A stretch of DNA of 64,000 nucleotides from Alphaproteobacteria bacterium UBA2903 (GTDB lineage Bacteria > Pseudomonadota > Alphaproteobacteria > CAAGCB01 > CAG-977). The notes beneath the pieces are model-generated. The model made no database searches. It was not told where the DNA came from and worked only from the letters and a program-made list of their open reading frames with translations. The translations under genes and the position numbers were made by a program. The DNA lies in NCBI GenBank assembly GCA_002349565.1, contig DEDN01000030.1, positions 9,184 through 73,183 on the forward strand, written 5' to 3'. The stretch's first letter is position 1; every line of letters begins with the position of its first letter. Positions 28,182 to 36,937 of the stretch are shown piece by piece.

Positions 28182-30821
28182 GTGACTTCTATGGCGATCT
28201 TAAACGAATATGAATTGCATCTGTTGGCGATGATGTCCGGTATCGACGAACACGCGACCATTGATAACAAACAGTCTTTGCTGGTGGCTCTGGACGTTTT
28301 AAAGCCGCAGGAAAATATGAGCGACGCCGACTACGCCGCGGAAATCAACAAAACTTTGAACAAAGCTTTGGACGAACAGTACGCCAAACCGCTGGCGAAT
28401 GTTTCCGTTTTGCGCAAAGACCGACAGAACCGCGTTGAATTCGTCGTTCCCGCCGGACACGACAACGAATCCCTGACTTGGGGCGTTACCGAAGAAAACG
28501 GCGCCAAACACGACGGTTCCGTCAAAATCGCCGATACGCAAATCTGCTACGGCGTCGACGGAAAGCCGATGCGCCGCGAAATCAACGGAGTCACTTACGA
28601 AAAGCGGTCTTTTGAACTGAAAGCCGATATGGAAATGGGCTACCATTCACTGGAAGCGCAAATTCCCGGTCAGCCCAAAGCCAAAGCGGAAATGATTTAC
28701 GCGCCGACGAAATGCTATGACCCGATCGACATCAAAAACGGCGGCAAAGCTTGGGGTGTTCCCGTTCAGCTGTATGAACAGCGTTCCGACGAAAACCAAG
28801 GCATCGGCGATTTGTCCGACTTGGCTGAAATCGCGGACACCATCGGCAAGCACGGCGCGGGCATCGTCGGCGTCAACCCGCTGCACGCCATGTTCCAAAA
28901 CGGCGCGGAAGAAGCCAGCCCCTACTCGCCCGCCAGCCGCACTTACTTCAACCACATTTATTTGGATGTGACCGCCGTTCCCGATTTCAAGGACAGCAAA
29001 GAAGCGCAGGCGTTGTACGATTCGCCCGAATACACGGAAAAACGCCGCAAAGCGCAGGACACGGTTGACGTCGACTATACGTCTGCGTTCGAACTGAAAA
29101 ATCCGATTTTGGACAAATGCTTCGACACGTTCGAAAAGTCCGCCTCCCCCGAACGCCGCGCCGCTTTTGAATCTTTCAAAGCCGAAGGCGGCAAACGTCT
29201 GGAAGACTTCGCGACATGGCAGGCTTTGTCCGATCACTTCTCGAAAGCCGATCCGAAGAGCTTTGACTGGCGCGACTGGCCCAAGGAATACCAAGATCCC
29301 TCGACTCCCGAAGTTCAGGCGTTCAAAGAACAGAACAAAAAGCAGATTGAAAAATACACCTATCTGCAATGGGAAACCTTGCGTCAGATGGAAAACGTGC
29401 AGGACGTCTGCCACAACAACGGCATGAAAGTCGGTTTGTACACCGACATCGCCGTCGGCAGTGCGCCGTTCGGTTTCGAAGGCTGGGGCTGCAAAGACCT
29501 GTATATGAAAGCGTCCGCGGGCGCTCCCGCCGACATTCTGAGTCCGAACGGTCAGAATTGGGACGTTTTGGGCTTCAAGCCGAAAGCATTGAAAGAAACG
29601 GGCTACAAACCGTTTATCGAAATGCTGCGCAACAATATGAAAACGTCGGGCTGCACCCGTTTGGACCACGTTTTGCAGCTGGCGCGTCTGTACATGATTC
29701 CGCACGGCAAAACCGCGAAAGAAGGCGCGTTCGTTTACTATCCCGTTGACGACTTGATGGCTGTCGCGGCGTTGGAATCCAACCGCAACAAATGCATGCT
29801 GATCGGCGAAGATTTGGGGCAGCTGCCTCCGGGATTCCAAGACAAACTGATGGATCACGGCATTCTGTCGTACCGCGTGCTGCCCTTTGAACGTCAATGG
29901 GGCTACCAGAACGGCAGCGACAACAACGCTTTCCGTCATCCCGAAGAATACCCGCAGTATTCGACGGCGGCTCCATCCACGCACGACACTCCGTCTTTGG
30001 CGAGCCAATGGACGGCGCGCGACGTGCATTTGAAAGACTATTTGGGCTATTACGAAAGCGATCAGCAGCGCAATATGGAATTCAGACAGTATGAAACCCA
30101 GCGTTGCGCCATCAACTACGCCTTGAACGAAAAAGGCAGCTGGCAGAAAGTCGGCGCTCAGCCTGTTTCCGACCCCGCGCACGACACCCGTTCCGTTCCC
30201 TACAAGTTCGAACAGGCGATTGCGGATTACTTGGGTCAGTCGAAATCGGCGATGCTGCTGTTCCCGTTCTCGGATATGTTCCGCACGAACTACATGGGCA
30301 ACATCCCCGGCACGCGTCAGCGTCATGCGTCCAAGAGCGAAAACGTCCAGAAAGTCTTTGAACAGGGCGGCGCGAGCAACATTCCTTGGAAAAACTGGCG
30401 TCCGAAAATGCACCTGAAAGTCAACGAAATCAAAGAAGTTCCCGTGTTCAAGGAAATTTCCACGATTTTGAACGGCTATCGTCAGGCGGGCAATGAAAAT
30501 TCGAAAGTCAAAGACCCGCAGGTTCCTGATTTCAAACGCCCCGGTCGCACGGAAAACAAACAGCGTGACGCAAAACGTGTTGTTTCCCTGTACCAGAGCT
30601 TGGCGAACAGCGGATACTTCAAAACCTACGCTTATGACATCATTGCGGCGAAATTCTCTGAAAAGCATCGTCAGCGCGATGTCCAGAAGACCGAAGAATT
30701 CAAAAAGAATTACGAAGGTCGCCGTCAAGCGATTGAAGAAAAGAAACGGCAATATCAGCAGAGCGGCGCAGCCAAAACGCTGAATATTCAAAAGCTGAAA
30801 TCCGACCGCCGTTCACGCTAA
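28182..30821 (+). CDS. malQ: 4-alpha-glucanotransferase (amylomaltase, GH77) with N- and C-terminal extensions
   Basis: It has the GH77 core motifs (WGVPVQLYEQRS...GIGDLSDL, GVNPLHA, LIGEDLGQLPP, STHDTPSLASQW). It is 879 aa with an approximately 150-aa Lys/Arg/Glu/Gln-rich C-terminal tail. It has an apparent GTG start, with an alternative ATG at about 28191. Confidence 0.8.
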   Translation: MTSMAILNEYELHLLAMMSGIDEHATIDNKQSLLVALDVLKPQENMSDADYAAEINKTLNKALDEQYAKPLANVSVLRKDRQNRVEFVVPAGHDNESLTWGVTEENGAKHDGSVKIADTQICYGVDGKPMRREINGVTYEKRSFELKADMEMGYHSLEAQIPGQPKAKAEMIYAPTKCYDPIDIKNGGKAWGVPVQLYEQRSDENQGIGDLSDLAEIADTIGKHGAGIVGVNPLHAMFQNGAEEASPYSPASRTYFNHIYLDVTAVPDFKDSKEAQALYDSPEYTEKRRKAQDTVDVDYTSAFELKNPILDKCFDTFEKSASPERRAAFESFKAEGGKRLEDFATWQALSDHFSKADPKSFDWRDWPKEYQDPSTPEVQAFKEQNKKQIEKYTYLQWETLRQMENVQDVCHNNGMKVGLYTDIAVGSAPFGFEGWGCKDLYMKASAGAPADILSPNGQNWDVLGFKPKALKETGYKPFIEMLRNNMKTSGCTRLDHVLQLARLYMIPHGKTAKEGAFVYYPVDDLMAVAALESNRNKCMLIGEDLGQLPPGFQDKLMDHGILSYRVLPFERQWGYQNGSDNNAFRHPEEYPQYSTAAPSTHDTPSLASQWTARDVHLKDYLGYYESDQQRNMEFRQYETQRCAINYALNEKGSWQKVGAQPVSDPAHDTRSVPYKFEQAIADYLGQSKSAMLLFPFSDMFRTNYMGNIPGTRQRHASKSENVQKVFEQGGASNIPWKNWRPKMHLKVNEIKEVPVFKEISTILNGYRQAGNENSKVKDPQVPDFKRPGRTENKQRDAKRVVSLYQSLANSGYFKTYAYDIIAAKFSEKHRQRDVQKTEEFKKNYEGRRQAIEEKKRQYQQSGAAKTLNIQKLKSDRRSR

Positions 30822-30837
30822 AGATTACATAAAGAAA

Positions 30838-30868
30838 GCAGCCCTTCGAAACAAGGGCTGTTTTTTTA
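30838..30868 (+). terminator. Intrinsic terminator of malQ
   Basis: The hairpin is agccctt-cgaaac-aagggct followed by GTTTTTTT. Confidence 0.6.
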
Positions 30869-30903
30869 TACTCTTTTTTATGCTCCTGCCTTTTTCCGCA
30901 TAC

Positions 30904-30937
30904 AAAAAAAAGCCGCCCGAAAACGGACGGCTTTTTT
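30904..30937. terminator. Bidirectional terminator serving the minus-strand gene 30949..31530
   Basis: The sequence aaaaaaaa-gccgcccg-aaaac-ggacggc-tttttt lies 12 nt beyond the gene's stop. Confidence 0.5.
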
Positions 30938-30948
30938 ATTGAAATGTT

Positions 30949-31530
30949 TTATTTTGCAGACAACAAATCCAACGAGTTGCCGATAACGTTTTCAAACGTC
31001 ATGCCCGTTTCGTTTTCAATCGTTTCACGCGCGAACTGGGCGGAGCGGGAAAACGGATCGTCCGCCCGTTCCATATCTTTCATCGCTTTCATAACTCTGT
31101 CGCGAACGGCTTCGGGCGCGGCTTTGATTCTGTTTTCGAACGATGTCGGGATTTTATATCCCATACGGCGCAAATGTTCGGTAATCGACAGCATGTTGTG
31201 CATATTGACCTCGGGTGCCGTAGCGCGCTGACCGTAATCCGTTCCCCATGTCGTCATTTCCCCTGTAAACTCGGGCATTTTTGTGTTCCAGATATTGCTG
31301 GAACCGCCCGCGTATGTTGGTTGATACGGCTGAGAGCCGTAAACCACGGGACCGACCTGCTGCACCTGAATCGGCTGCTGCTGTTGGTAGTAAACGGGCT
31401 GCTGATAATAAACAGGCTGTTGAGCCGTATTCGACGCCGCCCACGGATCGGACGGCAATGCTTGAGCGCTCGCTTGCACCGACAGCGCAACAAACGAAAC
31501 CGCTGCTGTCAAAATCATATTTTTCTTCAT
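30949..31530 (-). CDS. Hypothetical secreted protein with Gln/Tyr/Pro-rich tandem repeat
   Basis: It has a signal peptide (MKKNMILTAAVSFVALSVQASA), a low-complexity QQPVYYQQPVYYQQQQPIQVQQVGPVVYGSQPYQPTY region and a C-terminal helical domain. Confidence 0.55.
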   Translation of the reverse strand: MKKNMILTAAVSFVALSVQASAQALPSDPWAASNTAQQPVYYQQPVYYQQQQPIQVQQVGPVVYGSQPYQPTYAGGSSNIWNTKMPEFTGEMTTWGTDYGQRATAPEVNMHNMLSITEHLRRMGYKIPTSFENRIKAAPEAVRDRVMKAMKDMERADDPFSRSAQFARETIENETGMTFENVIGNSLDLLSAK

Positions 31531-31618
31531 TGGACTACCCCCGCCGAATTTTTCATTATTGGTTACAGCTTACTCTCTTTTTAACAAAAGGAACAGTTAC
31601 AAAAATGTGTCGTTTTTG

Positions 31619-32995
31619 TTAAGCCCGTTTCCATTGCGTCCCGGACGGCGTGTCTTCGATAACAACGCCTTTGTCCGCCAATTCCTTGCGCACGGCGTCC
31701 GCCGTTGCGAAATCTTTGGCTTTGCGGGCATCGGCGCGTTTTTGAATCAACGCTTCGATTTCCGATTCGGACAATCCCTGTTCCTGTTTTGCGGGCGACC
31801 AACGGAACCATTCTTCGGGGTCTTGATACAAAATACCCAACAAATGCCCAGACGCAATCAGCGTTTTTTTCAGTTCGACCGCTTTTTCGGGCGATTTGTT
31901 CATTTCGGTCACAAGCCCGTGCAGAACGGCAATCGCTTTCGGCGTGTTCAAATCGTCGCTCAACGCTTCGACCACTTCGGCGGACGGCAGAGCTTCCGAC
32001 AAATCAACCGCAGGCGTCAACCGCAAAGCCGTATAGAATCTGTCCATAGTCTGCTTGGCTTGTTTCAAACCTTCGGGCATCCAGTTCAGCGGCTGGTGGT
32101 AATGCGTTCCCAACGCGTACAGGCGGAACGCTTCCCCCGGCACTTGGTCAAGGATTTCGCGAATGGTAAAGAAGTTGCCCAAAGACTTGGACATCTTTTC
32201 GCCGTTGACCATCAAATGCCCGTTGTGCATCCAGTATTTGGCGTAGAAATCGTGTCCGAAAGCACAGCACGACTGCGCGATTTCGTTTTCGTGGTGCGGG
32301 AAAATCAAGTCCTGCCCGCCGCCGTGAATATCGAACGTTTCGCCCAAGTATTTGCTGCTCATCGCGGAACATTCCAAGTGCCACCCCGGACGGCCGCGCC
32401 CCCAAGGGCTGTCCCACCCCGGCTGAGTATCGTCGGACGGCTTCCACAAAATAAAGTCGGCGGCGTCGCGTTTGTACGGAGCAACCTCGACACGCGCGCC
32501 GGCAATCATTTCATCCATGGAGCGTCCCGACAGGCGTCCGTAGTTTTTCATCTTGGCAACGCTGAACAAAACATGCCCTTCGGCTTCGTAAGCATAGCCG
32601 TTGTCAATCAGCTTTTGCACCAAAGCAATCATCTCGGCGATATGTTGCGTGGCGCGCGGTTCGATGTCGGGCGGCAAAGCGTTCAGTTCGGCAATGTCGT
32701 CGTGAAAGAATTTCGCCGTTTTTTCGGTAATGACGTTAATGGGTTCGCCCGATTCCTGCGACCGTTTGATGATTTTGTCGTCCACATCGGTAATGTTGCG
32801 GACATACGTTACCTTGGGATACAGCTGTTTGAGCAAGCGGTACAGCGTATCGAAAACGATAATCGGGCGCGCGTTGCCGATATGAGCGCGGTCATAAACC
32901 GTCGGACCGCAAACGTACATGCGGACGTTATTCGGGTCAAGCGGCTCGAATTTTTCCTTTTTGCGGCTCATCGTATTTGTAACGTACAAAGTCAT
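31619..32995 (-). CDS. cysS: Cysteine--tRNA ligase
   Basis: It has MYVCGPTVYDRAHIGNARP (HIGH) and KMSKSLGN, and is 458 aa. Confidence 0.9.
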   Translation of the reverse strand: MTLYVTNTMSRKKEKFEPLDPNNVRMYVCGPTVYDRAHIGNARPIIVFDTLYRLLKQLYPKVTYVRNITDVDDKIIKRSQESGEPINVITEKTAKFFHDDIAELNALPPDIEPRATQHIAEMIALVQKLIDNGYAYEAEGHVLFSVAKMKNYGRLSGRSMDEMIAGARVEVAPYKRDAADFILWKPSDDTQPGWDSPWGRGRPGWHLECSAMSSKYLGETFDIHGGGQDLIFPHHENEIAQSCCAFGHDFYAKYWMHNGHLMVNGEKMSKSLGNFFTIREILDQVPGEAFRLYALGTHYHQPLNWMPEGLKQAKQTMDRFYTALRLTPAVDLSEALPSAEVVEALSDDLNTPKAIAVLHGLVTEMNKSPEKAVELKKTLIASGHLLGILYQDPEEWFRWSPAKQEQGLSESEIEALIQKRADARKAKDFATADAVRKELADKGVVIEDTPSGTQWKRA

Positions 32996-33000
32996 CTCTT

Positions 33001-34356
33001 TTATCCTTGCAAACGTTTTAAAGTTTTTTCATAGCCCAAGACAGGCAGCAGCATTTTCAATTCGGGTCCCTGCTCCAGTCCCGTCAGCGCCAAACGTATC
33101 GGGTGGAACAAATCGCGCCCTTTGCGTCCTGTTTTTTCCTTGACGGCGGCGGTCCAAGCCCCGAACGTGTTTTCGTCAAACTCGCCCGCCGGCAGCAATT
33201 CCGCCGCCTGACGCGCAAAAGCGCGGTCTTCGGCGCTTAAATCGAAAGTCAAATCTTCGCCGCAGATTTTCACCCAGTCGTTTACGTCGTCGACCTTGGT
33301 CAAATTCGGCGAAACCGCCGCCCACAGCTGTTCGGAAATCGGGGCTTTGCCCTCGGCTTTCAAACGGTCGTTGACTTCGGACAGCGGCAAAGCGTGAACA
33401 ATGCGGGGATTGAGCTTGAACAAATCCTGCGTGTCGAAATGCGGCTGAGCGCGTCCGAATTTGGTCAAATCGAAATGCGGCGCAAGCGCTTCCATGCTGG
33501 TTTCGACTACGGTCGCGTCCGACGTTCCCAAGCGCGCCAGCAAACAGGCGATAGTCATCGGCTCGATGCCCGCTTCACGCAAATCGCGGAAGTTGACGGA
33601 CCCCATACGTTTGGACAGTTTGCCCTCTTTTCCCGTCAGCAAAGGCGGATGTCCGAACACGGGAACCTTGCCGCCCAAAGCTTCGAACATCTGAATTTGA
33701 ACGGCGGTGTTTGTAACATGGTCTTCACCGCGGATAACGTGCGTAATGCCGAAATCCATATCGTCGATGACGGACGGTAGCATATAGGGGAAAGTCCCGT
33801 CTTCGCGCACAATAATCGGGTCGCTTAAATGCGCGCCGTTGTACGAGCAATGCCCGCGCACCATATCGTCCCACGACGTTTCCTTGTGTTCCAGAACAAA
33901 GCGGTAGTGCGGACGGCGCCCTTCGGCTTCGTACGCTTTGCGCTGTTCGTCGGTCAAACGCATGCCCGCGCGGTCGTAAACAGGCGGCAGCCCGCGCGCG
34001 TGCTGGCGGCGGCGTTTGTATTCCAATTCCTCCGCCGTTTCGTAGCAGGCGTAAATCAAGCCTTTGGCGCGCAACTGTTCGACGACTTCGCGGTAACGCT
34101 CCAAACGGGCGGATTGATGCTCCAGCCTGTCCCAAGAAATCTTCAGCCAGTTCAGTGCTTCGTAAACGGCGGCTTCGTATTCGGGCTTGGACCGTTCCGT
34201 GTCGGTGTCGTCCATTCGCAAAACGAAAGACACGTCCTCGCCCGCCTGTTTTTTATTCAAAGCAAACAGATAATTCAACAACGCCGTACGCAGATTCCCG
34301 ATGTGCATATATCCCGTCGGGCTGGGGGCAAAACGAACAACAATCACTTTAATCAA
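33001..34356 (-). CDS. gltX: Glutamate--tRNA ligase
   Basis: It has RFAPSPTGYMHIGNLRTAL (HIGH) and KLSKRMGS (KMSKS variant), and is 451 aa. Confidence 0.9.
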   Translation of the reverse strand: MIKVIVVRFAPSPTGYMHIGNLRTALLNYLFALNKKQAGEDVSFVLRMDDTDTERSKPEYEAAVYEALNWLKISWDRLEHQSARLERYREVVEQLRAKGLIYACYETAEELEYKRRRQHARGLPPVYDRAGMRLTDEQRKAYEAEGRRPHYRFVLEHKETSWDDMVRGHCSYNGAHLSDPIIVREDGTFPYMLPSVIDDMDFGITHVIRGEDHVTNTAVQIQMFEALGGKVPVFGHPPLLTGKEGKLSKRMGSVNFRDLREAGIEPMTIACLLARLGTSDATVVETSMEALAPHFDLTKFGRAQPHFDTQDLFKLNPRIVHALPLSEVNDRLKAEGKAPISEQLWAAVSPNLTKVDDVNDWVKICGEDLTFDLSAEDRAFARQAAELLPAGEFDENTFGAWTAAVKEKTGRKGRDLFHPIRLALTGLEQGPELKMLLPVLGYEKTLKRLQG

Positions 34357-35831
34357 ACCTTCTTGGTAATGGGATAATCCCAGTCTTCGTCAAAAGAACG
34401 GCGGGACAATCTGATGCCCTGCGCGCCCTGTTTGCGCTTGAATTCCGCGCGGTGCAACAGCTGCCAAACTTTGCGAACCGTCGCTTCGTCATAGCCCGCG
34501 GATATAACTTCGTCAACACCCGCGTCATTTTCAATCATCATTTTCAAAATCGCGTCCAAAGTCGGATACGGCGGCAAAGAATCCTCGTCCTTTTGGTTCG
34601 GACGCAGTTCCGCGGTCGGCGCTTTGGTAATCAGGTTGTCGGGCATCACGCGCTTGATATCGTTTTCAATCCAGCGCGGATGGTTTTCGTTGCGCCAGCG
34701 CGCCAAAGCGTAAGCGTCCGTTTTGTACAAGTCCTTTATCGGCGCAAAGCCCCCGCACATATCGCCGTACAAGGTCGAATAGCCAACGGCTTCCTCGGAT
34801 TTGTTGCAGGTTGCCAGCAGCAAATCGCCGAATTTGTTGGACAACGCCATCAGCATCGTGCCGCGCATGCGCGCCTGCAGGTTTTCCTCGGTCGCGTCAC
34901 GGTCTTTGCCCGCGAACACGGGAGCAAGCACATCCTCCATCGCTTTGACGGGATCGAGAATCGGCAGGATGTCATAGCGGATGCCCAAACATTCGGCAAC
35001 CGCGCACGCGTCGTTCAGGCTTTCCTCGCTGGTAAAAACGGACGGCATCATCACGGCGCGCACTTTGTCCGCGCCCAAAGCGTCAACGGCGATTGCGGCG
35101 CACAGCGCGCTGTCGAACCCGCCCGACAATCCCAGCAAAACGCCGTTAAAACCGTTTTTGCGCACATAGTCGCCGACGCCCATCGTCAGCGCGCGCCAAG
35201 TGTTTTCGGGTTCGCTTGTCCACGGCCACGACACTTCGTCAACGCCCGCGACGCCATCTTTCCACAGCGGCAGGCATTCGATAAAGCCGCCGTCCAAATC
35301 CAGCATGAACGAACCGCCCGCAAAAACCGCGCTGTCGTTTCCGCCGACAAGGTTTGTATAAACCAGCGGCAGACGGATGCGCGACGCGAACGTGCGGGCG
35401 TGTTCCAGCGTTTCGGTGACCGTGCCGCTTCTGAACGGACGGGCGTCCAGAACAATCAGTTTGTCCACGCCGTTGCAGTTGACGGGTTCAAAGCCGATCG
35501 AAACCGCGACCGTCAACCCCGTAATCGTAAAGTGATTGCCGTAATGCACCCCTTTGGAGTTGACCAGAACGGGCGTCGCACCGCCCGCGCCGTCGGGAAT
35601 GGCGGTCAAAACCTCGCGGTCGTTGTGATACAGTTTTTCCAGCGTTTTATGGACGTTCGCCATAAAGGATTTGGAATAAGCCAAATCCCCCAAAGGCCAG
35701 CCCGTCAAAGCGTAAGCGGGCAAAACCAGCGTTTCGCCTTTGCTTTGAATCCCCTGTTCCGCCGCCCAATGGATTTTTTTCAAATTTCCTTCCAAATCGC
35801 CGGCTACAGGGTTGATTTGCGCAATCAGCAT
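34353..35831 (-). CDS. nadE: NAD+ synthetase NadE with truncated/degenerate N-terminal CN-hydrolase (glutaminase) domain
   Basis: The C-terminal half has the PP-loop GLSGGFDSALCAAIA and NAD-synthetase motifs. The N-terminal approximately 210 aa resembles the CN-hydrolase domain, but the expected catalytic positions read PAYAL (not PE-LT) and SIGFE (not ICxE). The protein is 492 aa, against about 540-560 aa for typical Gln-dependent NadE. It overlaps the gltX stop. Confidence 0.75.
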   Translation of the reverse strand: MLIAQINPVAGDLEGNLKKIHWAAEQGIQSKGETLVLPAYALTGWPLGDLAYSKSFMANVHKTLEKLYHNDREVLTAIPDGAGGATPVLVNSKGVHYGNHFTITGLTVAVSIGFEPVNCNGVDKLIVLDARPFRSGTVTETLEHARTFASRIRLPLVYTNLVGGNDSAVFAGGSFMLDLDGGFIECLPLWKDGVAGVDEVSWPWTSEPENTWRALTMGVGDYVRKNGFNGVLLGLSGGFDSALCAAIAVDALGADKVRAVMMPSVFTSEESLNDACAVAECLGIRYDILPILDPVKAMEDVLAPVFAGKDRDATEENLQARMRGTMLMALSNKFGDLLLATCNKSEEAVGYSTLYGDMCGGFAPIKDLYKTDAYALARWRNENHPRWIENDIKRVMPDNLITKAPTAELRPNQKDEDSLPPYPTLDAILKMMIENDAGVDEVISAGYDEATVRKVWQLLHRAEFKRKQGAQGIRLSRRSFDEDWDYPITKKV

Positions 35832-35903
35832 ACGGATTCCTCCAAAATTTTTAATAAATTTAAGCCAGTTTATCGCGCTTTTTGTCGGAATGCCATAAAA
35901 AAA

Positions 35904-36806
35904 CTATTTTGTTTCAATTTCTTTCAATCGCGCTTCGATTTCGCACAAAGCCGGCAAAGATTCCTGCGCCCCCGTTTTCAAACACGCCAAAGCCGCACCG
36001 CAACACGCATGCCGCACGGCGTCCGCAAAGGACAGCCCCGCGTCAATCATAGCGGCGAATATGCCGACAAACGCATCGCCCGCCCCCGTCGTGTCCACGG
36101 GCGCGATCGGCAAAGAGACTACCGACAGCACTTGCCCGTCCTTGGCGGCGACGACGCCTTTTTTGCCCAAAGTCATCAGGCATGCCCCGCCCGTTTTTTC
36201 AGACAGGGCAAGGACGGTTTTTTCGGGTGTTTCGCCCGCTTTGCCCAAAACGGTTTGCGCTTCGATTTCGTTGACAATCAGATAATCGATGTTCCGCAAA
36301 GCGGTTTGCGGTACTTCGCGCGCGGGGGCGACGTTCAGAACCGTTTTTGCGCCTTTGGCTTTCGCGCGTTCCAACAGGGCGAAATTTTCTGCGGGCGGGA
36401 CTTCCATTTGCATTACGACGACCGTTTCGGGCGTCAGCAAAGCGTCGGGAACGGCGGCGGCGCTGAGGTTCATATTTGCGCCGCTTGCCACAACAATCGA
36501 ATTTTCCGCGGTTTCGTCAAGCATGATCATCGCCATTCCCGTTGCCGAATCCGTCTTTTGCACGAAAGAACAATCGACCCCGACCGCTTTCAATGCCGTC
36601 AGCGGCACTTTGGCGATTTCGTCCGCCCCGACCGCGCCGACAATTTTGACAATGCCGCCCGCTTTTGCCGCGGCGGCGGCTTGGTTCGCCCCCTTGCCGC
36701 CCGCTTTGACAACGGCGTTCGGAGTCAAAACCGTTTCCCCCGGCTTTGGAAAAGACTGGATTTTCAAAAAGAAATCCGCGTTCAGCGATCCGAAAACGAC
36801 TATCAT
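35904..36806 (-). CDS. PfkB-family carbohydrate kinase (ribokinase-like)
   Basis: It has the N-terminal GG motif (VVKAGGKGANQAAAAAKAG) and the PfkB signature 2 (PVDTTGAGDAFVGIFAAM). It is 300 aa. Confidence 0.8.
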   Translation of the reverse strand: MIVVFGSLNADFFLKIQSFPKPGETVLTPNAVVKAGGKGANQAAAAAKAGGIVKIVGAVGADEIAKVPLTALKAVGVDCSFVQKTDSATGMAMIMLDETAENSIVVASGANMNLSAAAVPDALLTPETVVVMQMEVPPAENFALLERAKAKGAKTVLNVAPAREVPQTALRNIDYLIVNEIEAQTVLGKAGETPEKTVLALSEKTGGACLMTLGKKGVVAAKDGQVLSVVSLPIAPVDTTGAGDAFVGIFAAMIDAGLSFADAVRHACCGAALACLKTGAQESLPALCEIEARLKEIETK

Positions 36807-36937
36807 GCGCAGCTCCTTGTTTCGATTTTGTTCAGCATATCAGAACCGCTTGAATGCGACAAGCGCGGATTTTATTTTGTATTTTGGCAAAAACGCGATA
36901 ATCTTAAATCAAATCAATTTCATACGAGGTTTGACAA

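Noticed and set aside
28647-30791. A 714-aa minus-strand ORF antisense to malQ. Similar long antisense ORFs occur at 5060..5848, 31559..33034, 48867..50573, 53809..54888 and 41773..42672
   Set aside because: Each one overlaps a confidently identified conserved gene on the other strand and has low-complexity R/F/G/Q-rich translations. They are spurious shadow ORFs.
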